Below, piece by piece: positions 43,251-53,708 of a stretch of DNA of 64,000 bases (positions are counted from its first letter, which is position 1; each line of letters begins with the position of its first letter). The translations under genes were made by a program, and so were the position numbers. The notes beneath the pieces were generated by a model that had not been told where the DNA came from, made no database searches, and saw nothing but the letters and a program-made list of their open reading frames with translations. Source of the DNA: Anaeromyxobacter sp. (GTDB taxonomy: Bacteria > Myxococcota > Myxococcia > Myxococcales > Anaeromyxobacteraceae). The stretch lies in NCBI GenBank assembly GCA_049840735.1, contig JASGJN010000001.1:1-64000 (forward strand), written 5' to 3'.

Positions 43251-44190
43251 GGGCGGGATCGGCATCGTGAACAACCCGCGCTCGCTGCGCAACCACCGGC
43301 GGCCGGCCCTGGCCGACCGGCTCCGCGAGCGGCTGGGGCGCGATGGCGAGGTGGTGGACGCCTCGACGCCGGAGGAGCTGGACCGCGCCGTGGCCCGGCT
43401 CAAGGCGGCGCGGATCGACCTCCTGGGCGTGAACGGCGGCGACGGCACCGGCCACCACGTCATGACCGCCTTCGCGCGCGCCTACGGGGACGAGCCGCTG
43501 CCCCGGCTGCTGCTGCTGCGCGGCGGGGCCATGAACACCGTCGCCCACGGCCAGGGGATCACCGGCGGGCCGGAGGCGATCCTGAGGGACGTGCTGGCCC
43601 GGCGGCGCAAGGGGCTGCCGCTGCGCACGGTGGACCGCGACCTCCTGCGGATCGAGGCAGACGGCGAGCCGGCCCGCTTCGGCTTCATCTTCGGCACCGG
43701 CGTGGTGGTCACCTTCCTCGAGGCCTACTACGCCACCGGCCGCCCCACGCCGCTCACCGCGGCCGGGCTGGTGGCCCAGGCGGCCGGCTCGGCGCTGGTA
43801 GGCGGCGCCTTCGCGACCGCGCTGATGCGGCGCGATCGGCTGCGGGTGGAGACCGACGGCGAGGAGTGGCCGGACGGCGCGTACCTCACGCTGCTGGCCG
43901 GGGCCACGCCGGACATCGGCTTCGGCTTCCGCGCCTTCCCCCGCTGCGACGAGCAGCCCGGCTTCTTCCACGCGGTGGGCGTGACGGCCAGCCCGCTGCA
44001 GCTGGTCTTCGCCCTGCCGCGCATCCACGCCGGCCGCCCCTGGAGGCGGCGCCACGCGCTGGACGAGGTGGCGCGCGAGCTGGTGCTGGAGGCCCACCGG
44101 CCGCGCTACACCATCGACGGCGATCTCTACGAGGCCCGGCGCCGGGTCCGGGTCGCCACGGGCCCGGCCGTGGAGATCGTGCTTCCCTGA
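43249..44190 (+). CDS. Diacylglycerol kinase-family lipid kinase
   Basis: IVNNPRS, GGDGT and GGAMNTVA motifs. Confidence 0.8.
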   Translation: MGGIGIVNNPRSLRNHRRPALADRLRERLGRDGEVVDASTPEELDRAVARLKAARIDLLGVNGGDGTGHHVMTAFARAYGDEPLPRLLLLRGGAMNTVAHGQGITGGPEAILRDVLARRRKGLPLRTVDRDLLRIEADGEPARFGFIFGTGVVVTFLEAYYATGRPTPLTAAGLVAQAAGSALVGGAFATALMRRDRLRVETDGEEWPDGAYLTLLAGATPDIGFGFRAFPRCDEQPGFFHAVGVTASPLQLVFALPRIHAGRPWRRRHALDEVARELVLEAHRPRYTIDGDLYEARRRVRVATGPAVEIVLP

Positions 44191-44248
44191 CGGGGCGCTG
44201 CCGTCCCGCTCGATTTCGGGGCCGGCGCGCGCTAACCTGCACCCTCCC

Positions 44249-45019
44249 ATGCGCTTCACCCACGCGGGCACCAGCGACGTCGGCCGCAAGCGGACGCACA
44301 ACGAGGACGCGTTCCTGCTGCTGCCCGAGGAGCAGCTGTACTGCGTGGCCGACGGCATGGGCGGCCACGCCAGCGGCGAGGTCGCCGCCCGCATCGCGGT
44401 CGAGGAGATGGCCGAGTTCTTCCGGCTGACCGGCCGGGACGAGGACGCCACCTGGCCGTTCCGCATGGACGTGACCCGGGGCTACGACGAGAACCGCCTC
44501 CTCACCGGCGTGAAGCTGGCCAACCTGCGCATCCACGAGCGCGCCCAGGCGGACGAGCGGCTGCACGGCATGGGGACCACGCTGGTGGCCGCCAGCTTCC
44601 CGCGCGACCGGGGCGAGGCGCTGATCGGCCACGTGGGCGACAGCCGCGCCTACCGGTGGCACCGGGGGGCGCTGACGCAGCTGACCGAGGACCACTCGCT
44701 CCTGAACGAGCAGCGCAAGGCGCGCGCGCTGACGCCGGAGGAGATCCGCACCTTCCCGCACAAGAACGTGATCCTGCGGGCGCTGGGCATGAAGCCCACC
44801 GTGGAGGTGGACGTCACCCGCGCCCCGCTGGCCGACGGGGACGTGCTGCTGCTCTGCTCCGACGGCCTCTCCGGGATGGTGCCCGACGCCCGCATGGCCG
44901 ACCTGCTGCGGGCCGCCCACGGCGACCTGAAGCGCGCCGCGGCGGAGCTCGTCGAGGCCGCCAACGCCGCCGGCGGCGTGGACAACATCACCTGCGTGCT
45001 CGTGGGCGTGCAGGGGTAG
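44249..45019 (+). CDS. PP2C-family Ser/Thr phosphatase (Stp1-like)
   Basis: GRKRTHNED, VADGMGGH, HVGDSRAY, LCSDGL and GGVDNIT motifs. Confidence 0.92.
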   Translation: MRFTHAGTSDVGRKRTHNEDAFLLLPEEQLYCVADGMGGHASGEVAARIAVEEMAEFFRLTGRDEDATWPFRMDVTRGYDENRLLTGVKLANLRIHERAQADERLHGMGTTLVAASFPRDRGEALIGHVGDSRAYRWHRGALTQLTEDHSLLNEQRKARALTPEEIRTFPHKNVILRALGMKPTVEVDVTRAPLADGDVLLLCSDGLSGMVPDARMADLLRAAHGDLKRAAAELVEAANAAGGVDNITCVLVGVQG

Positions 45020-45036
45020 GGCCCGGGCGTCAGGCT

Positions 45037-46107
45037 TCAGGGAGAAGCCCGCACCCGATCCGTCCCCGCCGCGATGGCGTCCTCCAGCCGCTCCCCCGGC
45101 GCGAGCGCCGTGCCCTCCCAGATCACCGCGCGCCGGGCCACCGCGCCGGCCGGCACCACCGCGCCCGCGCCCAGCACCACCTCCGGCCCGACCTCGGCGC
45201 CGGCGGCGACGCGCGCGCCCGGCCCGAGCAGCACCGGGCCCACCACACGCGCGCCCGGCGCGATCAGCGCCCCCTCCCCGGCGGCCACGCCGGGCGCGAC
45301 CAGCCGCGCGGCGCGGAAGGGATCCGCCCCGGCGAAGCGGGCGCGGGGCACGCGGCCGGCGAGCAGGTCGCGGTTCGCGGCCAGGTAGCGGTCGGGCGAG
45401 CCCAGGTCGTTCCAGTAGCCCTCCACCACGTGGCCGTGCACCAGCCCGCGCTCGAGGAAGGGCGGGTAGACCTTGCGCAGCACGTCCGCCTCGAACGGCG
45501 CCGCCGGCAGGTGATCGAGCAGCGCGCCGGAGAGGACGTGCACGCCCGAGAAGTGCCAGGGGCGCAGGCCCGGGCCGCCCGGGCCGACCTCGTCGGCGAT
45601 GCGGCGCACGGCGCCGGCCGCGTCGGTCCCGACCGCGTTGTAGCGGGCGCCGGCGGGCATGGGCAGCAGCACCATGGTGGCGACCGCGCCGGCCTGGCGG
45701 TGGGCCTGCACCGCCGCGGCGAGGTCCACGTCGAAGAGCACGTCGCCGTTGAGCAGCAGGAGCTCCTCCGCGCCCTGCAGCAGCGCGCGGGCCTCGCGCA
45801 GCGCCCCGCCGGTGCCGGCGATGACCGGCTCGTGCGAGACCTCCACCGGCAGGCCCAGCGCCTGCCCGGCCGCCCGGGCCGCGTCCGCCATGGCCTCGGG
45901 CAGGTGGTGCACGTTGACCACGGCGCGGCGCGCGCCGGCCCCGGCCGCCAGCGCCAGCGTCCAGCGCACCAGCGGCACCCCGCCCAGCGGCGCCGCCGGC
46001 TTGGGCAGCCGGTGCGTCAGGGGGCGCAGGCGGGTCCCCAGCCCGGCGCAGAGCACCATCGCCACCAAGCCGCCGCCCTGCGCCGCCGATCCGGTCCCGG
46101 TTCCCAT
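45037..46107 (-). CDS. NDP-sugar pyrophosphorylase (MurU-like nucleotidyltransferase)
   Basis: MVLCAGLGTRLRPLT..LPKP, GTGG, LNGD and WNDLGSP motifs; hexapeptide C-terminus. Confidence 0.85.
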   Translation of the reverse strand: MGTGTGSAAQGGGLVAMVLCAGLGTRLRPLTHRLPKPAAPLGGVPLVRWTLALAAGAGARRAVVNVHHLPEAMADAARAAGQALGLPVEVSHEPVIAGTGGALREARALLQGAEELLLLNGDVLFDVDLAAAVQAHRQAGAVATMVLLPMPAGARYNAVGTDAAGAVRRIADEVGPGGPGLRPWHFSGVHVLSGALLDHLPAAPFEADVLRKVYPPFLERGLVHGHVVEGYWNDLGSPDRYLAANRDLLAGRVPRARFAGADPFRAARLVAPGVAAGEGALIAPGARVVGPVLLGPGARVAAGAEVGPEVVLGAGAVVPAGAVARRAVIWEGTALAPGERLEDAIAAGTDRVRASP

Positions 46108-46128
46108 GGTAGGACGCGAGTCTAACCG

Positions 46129-47322
46129 ATGGGCACCGCGGCGCGACTCCGGCAGGTCTACATCCTCTACTACGGGACGGTCGGGTCCCTGCTCCCCTAC
46201 TTCGCCGACTACCTGCGCGGCCGCGGCTTCACCGGCGCGCAGATCGGCACCATCCAGATGATCCCGTCGCTGCTGCAGCCGGCGGTGGCGCTGGGGTGGG
46301 CGGCGCTGGCCGACCGGCGGGGCGACCCGCGCCGCGCGCTGGTCTGGGCCACCTCCTGGGCGGCGCTGATCTCGCTGGCCCTGCCCTTCGCGCGCACGCC
46401 GCTCCAGGTCGCGCTGGTGGTGCTGGGGATGGCGCTGGCCGACCGGGCGGTGACGCCGCTGCTCGACGCCATCACGCTGGAGCACAGCCTGCAGAACCCG
46501 CGCGACCCCTACGCGCGCATCCGGCTCTTCGGCTCGGTGTCCTTCGTGGTGATGGCGCTGGCCATGGGCCGGCTGCTCACGCTGCGCGGGAACCGGCCCG
46601 CCGACCTGCTGGTCCCGGCCGCGGTGACGCTGTTCTGGATCCTCCACACGCTCTCGGTCCGCCGCCTCCCGCCGATCCCGGCGGCGCACACCGATCGCCC
46701 CGGCCCGCGCGACACGCTGGCGCTGCTCCGCGACCGGCGGCTGCTGGTGCTGCTCCTGGCCTGCGCCGTCCACTGGGCCGCCTGCGCGCCCTACCACCTC
46801 TTCTTCGGCGTCTTCGTCCGCGACCACGGGCTGCCCCACGACGTGACGGCGCTGGGCATGGGGGCGGGCGTGGTGGCGGAGATCGCGGCCATGCTGCTCT
46901 TCCCGCGGCTGGAGCGGCGCTTCCAGGTCCGCACGCTCTACACGGTGGTCTTCCTGGCCAGCGCCCTGCGCTGGGCGGTCCTCTCGCAGGTGAGCCACCC
47001 GGCCGCCATCGTGGCGCTGCAGCTCATGCACGGCCTGACCTTCGGCCTGTTCTGGGCCACCACCATGAAGGCGCTGGGCGAGCTGGTGCCGGGGCGGCTG
47101 CGGGCCACCGGCCAGGGGCTCTTCTCGGCGGTGGTCTTCGGCGGCGGCAACGCGGCGGGGTACGTGCTCTCGGGGCTGGGCTACGACCGCTTCCACTCCG
47201 CGGCGCCGGTCTACGCCTGGGCGGCGGTGGTCGAGCTGGCGGTGGGGCTCCTGGCGGTGGCGGCGGCGCGGGGCCATGCCCCGGGGACTCAGGGCGGCGG
47301 GATCTCCGAGACGGCCCGGTAG
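46129..47322 (+). CDS. MFS transporter (HcaT/MFS_1_like)
   Basis: About 12 TM; LADRRG, YARIRLFGS and QLMHGLTFG motifs. Confidence 0.85.
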   Translation: MGTAARLRQVYILYYGTVGSLLPYFADYLRGRGFTGAQIGTIQMIPSLLQPAVALGWAALADRRGDPRRALVWATSWAALISLALPFARTPLQVALVVLGMALADRAVTPLLDAITLEHSLQNPRDPYARIRLFGSVSFVVMALAMGRLLTLRGNRPADLLVPAAVTLFWILHTLSVRRLPPIPAAHTDRPGPRDTLALLRDRRLLVLLLACAVHWAACAPYHLFFGVFVRDHGLPHDVTALGMGAGVVAEIAAMLLFPRLERRFQVRTLYTVVFLASALRWAVLSQVSHPAAIVALQLMHGLTFGLFWATTMKALGELVPGRLRATGQGLFSAVVFGGGNAAGYVLSGLGYDRFHSAAPVYAWAAVVELAVGLLAVAAARGHAPGTQGGGISETAR

Positions 47323-47657
47323 ACGGGCCGGCCGTCGCGCTCGAACAGCGCCACCATGGCGTCGGCGCCGGCGGACGGGCCGCCCAGGCGCAGCACCGCG
47401 TCGCAGCGCGCCGCCAGCCGCTCCGAGACCGGGTGGAAGATGGCCTCCCAGGGCCCGTCTCCCATCCGCGTCGAGCCGGCCGTGGCGATGAGCGGCAGCG
47501 CGAACCACTCGCCCGCCACCGGCAGGTGGCCGGCGCGGAAGAGCGCCAGCGCCGCCTCGTCCATGGCGCGCATGTTCGCGGCGATGCGGGCGGGATCGTC
47601 CCCGGTGCCGGAGCGGTAGGGGCCGGCGACCAGGATGATCAGGGGGCGGTTGGGCAT
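47289..47657 (-). CDS. DUF4406-like protein (nucleoside deoxyribosyltransferase fold)
   Basis: ILVAGPYRSG...CDAVLRLGGPSAGAD. Confidence 0.65.
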   Translation of the reverse strand: MPNRPLIILVAGPYRSGTGDDPARIAANMRAMDEAALALFRAGHLPVAGEWFALPLIATAGSTRMGDGPWEAIFHPVSERLAARCDAVLRLGGPSAGADAMVALFERDGRPVYRAVSEIPPP

Positions 47658-47709
47658 GCCCCGAAGCTAGCGCCCGCCCGACGCGCCCGCCCGGCGCGGA
47701 TGGGCCGCG

Positions 47710-48723
47710 CTACGCCTCGACCCTGAAGTGGAACGCCGCGATCCGCCGCAGCTCGTGCACGGCGTGGAGCGCGTCGAGCAGCTGCGCGCGCCGCGGCCGG
47801 TCGAGTTCCCCCAGCAGGAGCTCGGTGGAGGCCGGGCGGTCCTCCGCCAGCGCGTCCGCCTCGCGCGTCAGGCGCAGGCCCAGCAGCACGCGGTGGGCCT
47901 CGCAGGCGGCGGCGCAGGGGCCGGGCTCGAGCAGCCCGGCGTCGCGGGCGGCCTCGAGCCGGGCGGCGGTGGCGCGCGCCGGCGAGCGGGCCTCGGCGCC
48001 CCAGCAGCGCGCCAGCAGCGTGAGCGGGGCCAGGCCGTGGGCCTTGAGGTCGACGCGGGCGCGGCGGCCGTGGAGCCGCAGCGCCAGCCGGCCGCGGGTG
48101 CGGAACTGGAGCGCGCAGCGGACCAGCCCGCGCAGCACGGCCGGATGGGCGGCCAGGCGCGCCGCGGCGGCGGTGAGCGGGGCGACGTCCAGCGCCCCGG
48201 CCACCGGGCGCAGGTCCATCAGGACCGCCGCGTCGAGCAGCGCCTCCGGGCCGCCGTCCTCCGCCCAGTCCTGCAGCCGCTCCACCCACTCCGGCACCGT
48301 CCCGCACCAGCCGGTGGCCATCCAGCCGCCCGGGCAGCGCGGCACGCCGGCCGCGGCCAGGTCGTCGGAGGCGCGCGCCGCCAGCGCGGCGAACCAGGCG
48401 TTCCCGGCCTCGTCGCCGGCGGCGTGGACCAGCAGGTGGTCCTGGTCGGCCAGCGGGGTGGGCTCACCGCGGCCGGAGGAGCCCAGCGCCAGCCAGGCGA
48501 AGGGCGTGGGCGGCGGGCCCAGCTCGCGCTCCGCCAGCGCCAGCACGCGCCGCAGGAGCGCGTCCCCCAGCTCGGCCACCCCGGCGGCGATGGCCTCGGG
48601 GTCGTCGCGGGTCACCAGCCGGCTGCGCACCGCCGCGGCGATGCGCCGGACGCTGCCCGGCAGCGCCTCGCGGCTGTCGATGGCCTCGATGGTGTCCCGC
48701 CCCGCCTGCAGCGCCGTCTCCAT
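47710..48723 (-). CDS. DUF294 putative nucleotidyltransferase without cNMP/CBS domains
   Basis: WLALGSSGRGE...DQD, CPGGWMA and VDLKAHGLAP motifs. Confidence 0.8.
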   Translation of the reverse strand: METALQAGRDTIEAIDSREALPGSVRRIAAAVRSRLVTRDDPEAIAAGVAELGDALLRRVLALAERELGPPPTPFAWLALGSSGRGEPTPLADQDHLLVHAAGDEAGNAWFAALAARASDDLAAAGVPRCPGGWMATGWCGTVPEWVERLQDWAEDGGPEALLDAAVLMDLRPVAGALDVAPLTAAAARLAAHPAVLRGLVRCALQFRTRGRLALRLHGRRARVDLKAHGLAPLTLLARCWGAEARSPARATAARLEAARDAGLLEPGPCAAACEAHRVLLGLRLTREADALAEDRPASTELLLGELDRPRRAQLLDALHAVHELRRIAAFHFRVEA

Positions 48724-48725
48724 GC

Positions 48726-50234
48726 TCACCCCTCGCCGTTGCGCCAGGATCCCACCACCAGCACCACCCCGCCCACCGCCGCGCCCAGCGCGCCCGCCGC
48801 CTCCGGCGACGGCCCGCCCTGCCCGCCGGCGAGCCAGCGCACCAGCAGCGCCCCGGTGACCAGCAGCCCCGCGCCCATGGCGGCCGTCGCCGCGCCGGCG
48901 CGCGCGCCGGGCCAGAAGAGCGCCGCCAGGACCGCCGGGAAGAAGACCGCCGCCGCCAGGCCGAAGGCCGCGCCCACCACCTGGACCACCGGGCCGGGCG
49001 GGGAGGCCGCCAGCAGCGCCGCCGCGGTCACCCCGGCCACCGCGGCGCCGCGCGCCCAGCGGCGCTGCGCCGACTCGGGCAGCCGCGGCCAGAGCGCGCC
49101 GGCCAGCAGGTCGCGGGCCAGGGCGGCGCCCAGGGTGGGCAGGAGGCCGGCCGCGGTGGCCAGCGAGGCCGCCAGCGCTCCGGCCGCCACCAGCGCCACC
49201 GCCCAGGGGGCGAGCCCGGTCGCGCCCGGCGCCAGCAGCACCAGCAGGTCGGGGTCCACCGGCCCGGCGGCGCTGCGGGCGCCGCGCGCGAAGAGGGCCA
49301 TGGCCGGGACCGCGCTGTAGAGGAGCAGCACGAAGCAGAGCGCCCAGCCGGCGGCGGCCCGCCCGCCGCGCCCGCGCGGCTGCCCGGTGAAGCGGGGCAG
49401 GAGCTGCGGCAGCGCGGCGGTGCCGGCCACCAGCGCCAGCGCGGCGGCGCCGAGGTCGAGCGGGCTGCGGGCCGAGCCGGTCCAGGCGCCCAGCCCGGCC
49501 AGCTGGCCGGCCCGGTCGGCCGCCGCCGCCAGCGGCGCGCCAGGCGCGGCCCCCAGCAGCGCGGCCCCCTCCGGCGTGAGCCGCCCCAGCGGCGCCAGCA
49601 GCGGGAGGGCACCGCCGGTGAAGAGCAGCGAGAGCGCCGCCACCGGCGCCAGGTAGGCCACCGCCAGCACGGCGTAGCGGACCGCCTGCCCTTGCGGCAG
49701 CGTGCGGAGGCCGCCCAGCGTCAGGTGGAGCAGCACGCCGGCGGAGGCCACCGCCAGCGCGGCCCCCAGCGGCAGCGGGGCGAAGCGGGCCAGCACCAGC
49801 GCCGCGCCGCGCAGCTGGCCCGCCGCGTAGAGCACGCACACCAGCATGGCGGCGAGCGCCGCCAGCGCCCGCGCGCCGCGCGAGGCGAAGCGATCGCCCA
49901 GCAGCTGGGCCAGGCTGGCGGCGCCGCTGCGGCGCAGGCGCGGCGCCAGGGCCACGGCCACCAGCAGGAGCCCGCCGGTCCAGCCGGCCAGGTAGACCGC
50001 GCCGTCCAGGGCGGAGAGCGCCATGGCCCCGCCCAGCGAGAGGAAGGAGGCCGCCGAGATCCAGTCGGCGGCGATGGACATGCCCTCGAGCGGCGGCGAG
50101 ACCCGGCGCTCGGCGGCGTAGAAGACGCCCACCTCGCGGGTCCGGACCCAGAGCAGCACGGCCAGGTAGACCGCGAAGGTCCCGCCCACCATCAGCCAGA
50201 CCCAGGACCAGAGCGGCACGTCCGCCTCCTGCAC
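48726..50234 (-). CDS. Sodium:solute symporter (ActP-like)
   Basis: GMSIAADWISAASF, GWTGG and GTAALPQLL motifs; many TM segments. Confidence 0.8.
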   Translation of the reverse strand: MQEADVPLWSWVWLMVGGTFAVYLAVLLWVRTREVGVFYAAERRVSPPLEGMSIAADWISAASFLSLGGAMALSALDGAVYLAGWTGGLLLVAVALAPRLRRSGAASLAQLLGDRFASRGARALAALAAMLVCVLYAAGQLRGAALVLARFAPLPLGAALAVASAGVLLHLTLGGLRTLPQGQAVRYAVLAVAYLAPVAALSLLFTGGALPLLAPLGRLTPEGAALLGAAPGAPLAAAADRAGQLAGLGAWTGSARSPLDLGAAALALVAGTAALPQLLPRFTGQPRGRGGRAAAGWALCFVLLLYSAVPAMALFARGARSAAGPVDPDLLVLLAPGATGLAPWAVALVAAGALAASLATAAGLLPTLGAALARDLLAGALWPRLPESAQRRWARGAAVAGVTAAALLAASPPGPVVQVVGAAFGLAAAVFFPAVLAALFWPGARAGAATAAMGAGLLVTGALLVRWLAGGQGGPSPEAAGALGAAVGGVVLVVGSWRNGEG

Positions 50235-50381
50235 CCCGTCCAGCTTACCCCCACGGCCTGCCGGGGGACACCCTGTCGTGGGGCCGGGGAGGCATAGCCT
50301 CCCGGGTCAGGCCCGGGGCCTCAGGGGTTGGCCTCGCAGCTGGGGAACGTGGCGACCGTCGCGCGCTCCAGGGCTGACGCC

Positions 50382-50408
50382 CTGCGTTAACGCAGAGTCA
50401 ACTGACTC
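50382..50408. promoter_or_regulatory. Two abutting palindromes in a divergent promoter region
   Basis: CTGCGTTAACGCAG and GAGTCA-AC-TGACTC. Confidence 0.35.
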
Positions 50409-50542
50409 CTTCACCCTAGGTTCAGCGTCGCGCTTGGGGCGCACGCGCCGGGCCGGGGCACGTGGCCCTTGTCATCGGCGGGTACCGTCACTACGGCAAG
50501 CTGTCGCGCCCCATTCCCCGGAACCCCCGCTGGAGGCCGTGC

Positions 50543-52228
50543 ATGTCCCTGGCATCGACCCCGTCGCAACCCGCAGCCGGCGCGCCCCGCGCCGGCATCA
50601 CCCGCGATGAGCGCCGGGTCATCTTCGCGTCCTCTCTCGGCACCGTGTTCGAGTGGTACGACTTCTACCTGTACGGCTCGCTGGCGGCCATCATCAGCAA
50701 GCAGTTCTTCGCCGGCGTCGATCCCACCACCGGCTTCATCTTCGCCCTGCTGGCCTTCGCCGCCGGCTTCGCCGTCCGGCCCTTCGGCGCGGTGGTGTTC
50801 GGCCGCCTGGGCGACATGATCGGCCGGAAGTACACCTTCCTCCTCACCATCCTGATCATGGGCGGCTCGACCGCCATCGTGGGCATGCTCCCCGGCTACG
50901 CCTCCATCGGCGTGGTGGCCCCCATCGTCCTCATCACGCTCCGCCTGCTGCAGGGGCTGGCGCTGGGCGGCGAGTACGGCGGCGCCGCCACCTACGTGGC
51001 CGAGCACGCGCCGCACGGGCGGCGGGGCAACTTCACCGCCTGGATCCAGACCACCGCCACGCTGGGCCTGTTCCTCTCGCTGCTGGTGATCCTGGGGACC
51101 CGGCTCGGGCTCGGGACCGAGAAGTTCGAGGCCTGGGGCTGGCGCATCCCGTTCCTGGTCTCGATCCTGCTGCTGGCCATCTCGGTCTACATCCGGCTGC
51201 AGCTGCAGGAGTCGCCGGTCTTCAAGCGCATGAAGGCGGAGGGCAAGGCCTCCAAGGCGCCGCTCACCGAGTCCTTCCTGCGCTGGGGCAACCTCAAGAT
51301 CGTGCTGCTGGTCCTGTTCGGCGGCGTGGCCGGCCAGGCGGTGGTCTGGTACACGGGCCAGTTCTACGCGCTCTTCTTCCTGCAGCAGACGCTCAAGGTC
51401 GAGGCCCAATGGGCCAACTACCTGATCGCGGCCTCGCTGCTCATCGGCACGCCGTTCTTCATCGTCTTCGGCACGCTGTCCGACCGGATCGGCCGCAAGC
51501 CCATCATCATGGTGGGCTGCCTGCTGGCCGCCCTCACCTACTTCCCCATCTTCAAGGCGCTCACCCGCTACGCGAACCCGGCGCTGGAGGAGGCGCAGGA
51601 GAAGAACCCGGTGGTCGTCCACGCCGACCCCAAGGACTGCTCGGTCCAGTTCGACCTCATCGGCAAGGCGGTCTTCGACACCTCCTGCGACGTGGCCAAG
51701 AGCTTCCTGGCGAAGAAGGGCATCCCCTACGCGAACAAGGCCGCCGAGCCGGGCACGGTGGCCTCCATCCAGATCGGCGACGCGGTGACCGTGCCGAGCT
51801 TCGCCGGCCACGGGCTGCCGGGGGCCGAGTTCAAGGAGAAGAGCGCCGCCTTCGGGAAGGTGGCCGGCGCGGCCATCACCGCGGCCGGGTACCCGGACAA
51901 GGCCGACCTGGCCCGCATCGACAAGCTGAAGGTGGTGGCGCTGCTCACGGTGCTGGTGATCTACGTGACCATGGTCTACGGCCCCATCGCCGCCTGGCTG
52001 GTGGAGCTGTTCCCGGCGCGGATCCGCTACACCTCGATGTCGCTGCCGTACCACATCGGCAACGGCTGGTTCGGCGGCTTCCTCCCCACCATCTCCTTCG
52101 CCATGGTGGCCTCCACCGGCGACATCTACTACGGCCTCTGGTACCCGATCGTCGTAGCGGTCATGACCGCGGTCATCGGCACCCTCTTCATGCCCGAGAC
52201 CAAGGACCGCGACATCCACCACGCCTGA
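50543..52228 (+). CDS. MFS metabolite:H+ symporter (MHS family)
   Basis: LGTVFEWYDF, GRLGDMIGRK, QGLALGGEYGGA and ELFPARIRYTS motifs; GGAGG RBS. Confidence 0.92.
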   Translation: MSLASTPSQPAAGAPRAGITRDERRVIFASSLGTVFEWYDFYLYGSLAAIISKQFFAGVDPTTGFIFALLAFAAGFAVRPFGAVVFGRLGDMIGRKYTFLLTILIMGGSTAIVGMLPGYASIGVVAPIVLITLRLLQGLALGGEYGGAATYVAEHAPHGRRGNFTAWIQTTATLGLFLSLLVILGTRLGLGTEKFEAWGWRIPFLVSILLLAISVYIRLQLQESPVFKRMKAEGKASKAPLTESFLRWGNLKIVLLVLFGGVAGQAVVWYTGQFYALFFLQQTLKVEAQWANYLIAASLLIGTPFFIVFGTLSDRIGRKPIIMVGCLLAALTYFPIFKALTRYANPALEEAQEKNPVVVHADPKDCSVQFDLIGKAVFDTSCDVAKSFLAKKGIPYANKAAEPGTVASIQIGDAVTVPSFAGHGLPGAEFKEKSAAFGKVAGAAITAAGYPDKADLARIDKLKVVALLTVLVIYVTMVYGPIAAWLVELFPARIRYTSMSLPYHIGNGWFGGFLPTISFAMVASTGDIYYGLWYPIVVAVMTAVIGTLFMPETKDRDIHHA

Positions 52229-52289
52229 GCTGCTGTCGCGAGACGCGACGGCAGTCCAGGCAGGATCAGACGGGGGGCTGCGCCCCCCG
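52229..52289. terminator. Two hairpins between convergent genes
   Basis: CTGCTGTCGCG-AGA-CGCGACGGCAG and CGGGGGGC-TGC-GCCCCCCG; no U-tract. Confidence 0.3.
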
Positions 52290-52306
52290 CCGCTGGCCGC
52301 TGAGCG

Positions 52307-53706
52307 CTACCGCCGCTCTCCCCGCGCCCGCACCAGCGTCACGTCGCAGGGGGCCTCCAGCGCCACCCGCGTCGCCACCGTGCCCAGGAGCCCGCGCAGC
52401 GGCACCCGCTTCGGCGGCGCGCCCAGCACCACGTGGTCGACGCCGTTGGCGCGGGCGTAGCCCAGCAGCGCCTCGGCCGGATCGGTCGCCTCCAGCACGT
52501 GGAAGGAGGCGCGGCCGGCGCCCAGCCCGAGCGGCTCGGCCCAGTTGCGCAGCAGGGCCAGGTGGTGGAGCCGCTGGCGCGCGGCCGTGTCCTCCTCGCG
52601 CGAGCCGCCCAGCTCCGGCGCGGGGCGCACCACCGTCACGCAGGCCAGCCGCCGCTCCCCGCCCGCCGCCAGCAGCCGGCCCACCGCCTGGCGCAGCGCC
52701 TCGGCCTGCGGCTCGTCGTCGTGGCCGGTGGCCACCGCCACCAGCAGGATGCCGCCGCCGGACTGCGCCGAGGCCAGCGGCGGCGGGGCGGGCTCGTAGC
52801 CGGCGGCCCGCAGCCAGCGGCGCAGCGCCCGGAGCGGCCCGGCCCGGCGCGTGCGCCGGCCGCGCTCGCCCACCTGCACCTGCTCCGGGTGGAGCAGATC
52901 GAAGGCCACCTGCGCCGCCGAGGGCGGCCGGCGCGAGGCGTCCGGCTCCAGGAGCCGCAGCACGAGCTCCTGCAGCCACTCCGGGACGGCCGGGACGCGC
53001 GCCCGCGGCGGCACCGGATCCCGCCAGAGCCTGCGGCGCAGCCCGCCTGGCCCGGGGGTGCCGAAGGGGAGCGCGCCGGTGAGCAGCTCGTAGAGGAGCA
53101 CGCCCAGCGCGAAGAGATCGCTGCGCGGGTCGCCGCGCACGCCCACGATCTGCTCGGGCGAGAGGTAGGGCGCCGAGCCGATGGGGCGGCGCAGCTCCTC
53201 GGCCAGCAGGTCGGGGTAGTGGGAGTGGTGCGCGAGGCCAAGGTCCACCAGCACCGCGCCGCCGTCGGGCCGGATGATGACGTTGGAGGGCTTGAGGTCG
53301 AGGTGGATCACCTCCTGCCGGTGCAGGTCGGCCAGCGCCGAGGCCACCGCCGCGCCCAGCCGCACCGCCTCCTCCACCGCCACCGGCCCGTGCCCCACCC
53401 ACTCCGCCAGCGAGCGGCCCGGGATCTCCTCCATCACCAGATAGGGCTGCCGCGCCAGGTCGCCGGCGGCCACGAAGCGCGGCACGTGCGCCCCCTGAAG
53501 CGCCCCCAGCACCAGCTGCTCCACCTCGAACGAGACCACGCTGGAGGCCGGCTCGCCCGGCCCCAGCCGCGGGACCTTCATGACCAGCGGCGCGCCGTCC
53601 GGCTGGGGCCCGGTCACGCGGTAGATGACCCCCATCCCGCCGGAGTGGAGCTCCTCGCCGATGCGGAAGCCGTCCACCTCGTCGCCGGGCCGGGGAGATC
53701 GCTCAC
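52307..53706 (-). CDS. Ser/Thr protein kinase fused to a universal stress protein domain; probable -1 indel near 53690
   Basis: GGMGVIY, VMKVP, HLDLKPSN, DLGLA, YLSPEQ and DLFALG motifs; C-terminal USP (DPAEALL...VVLG...VATRVALEAPCDVTLVR). Confidence 0.88.
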
Positions 53707-53708
53707 GG

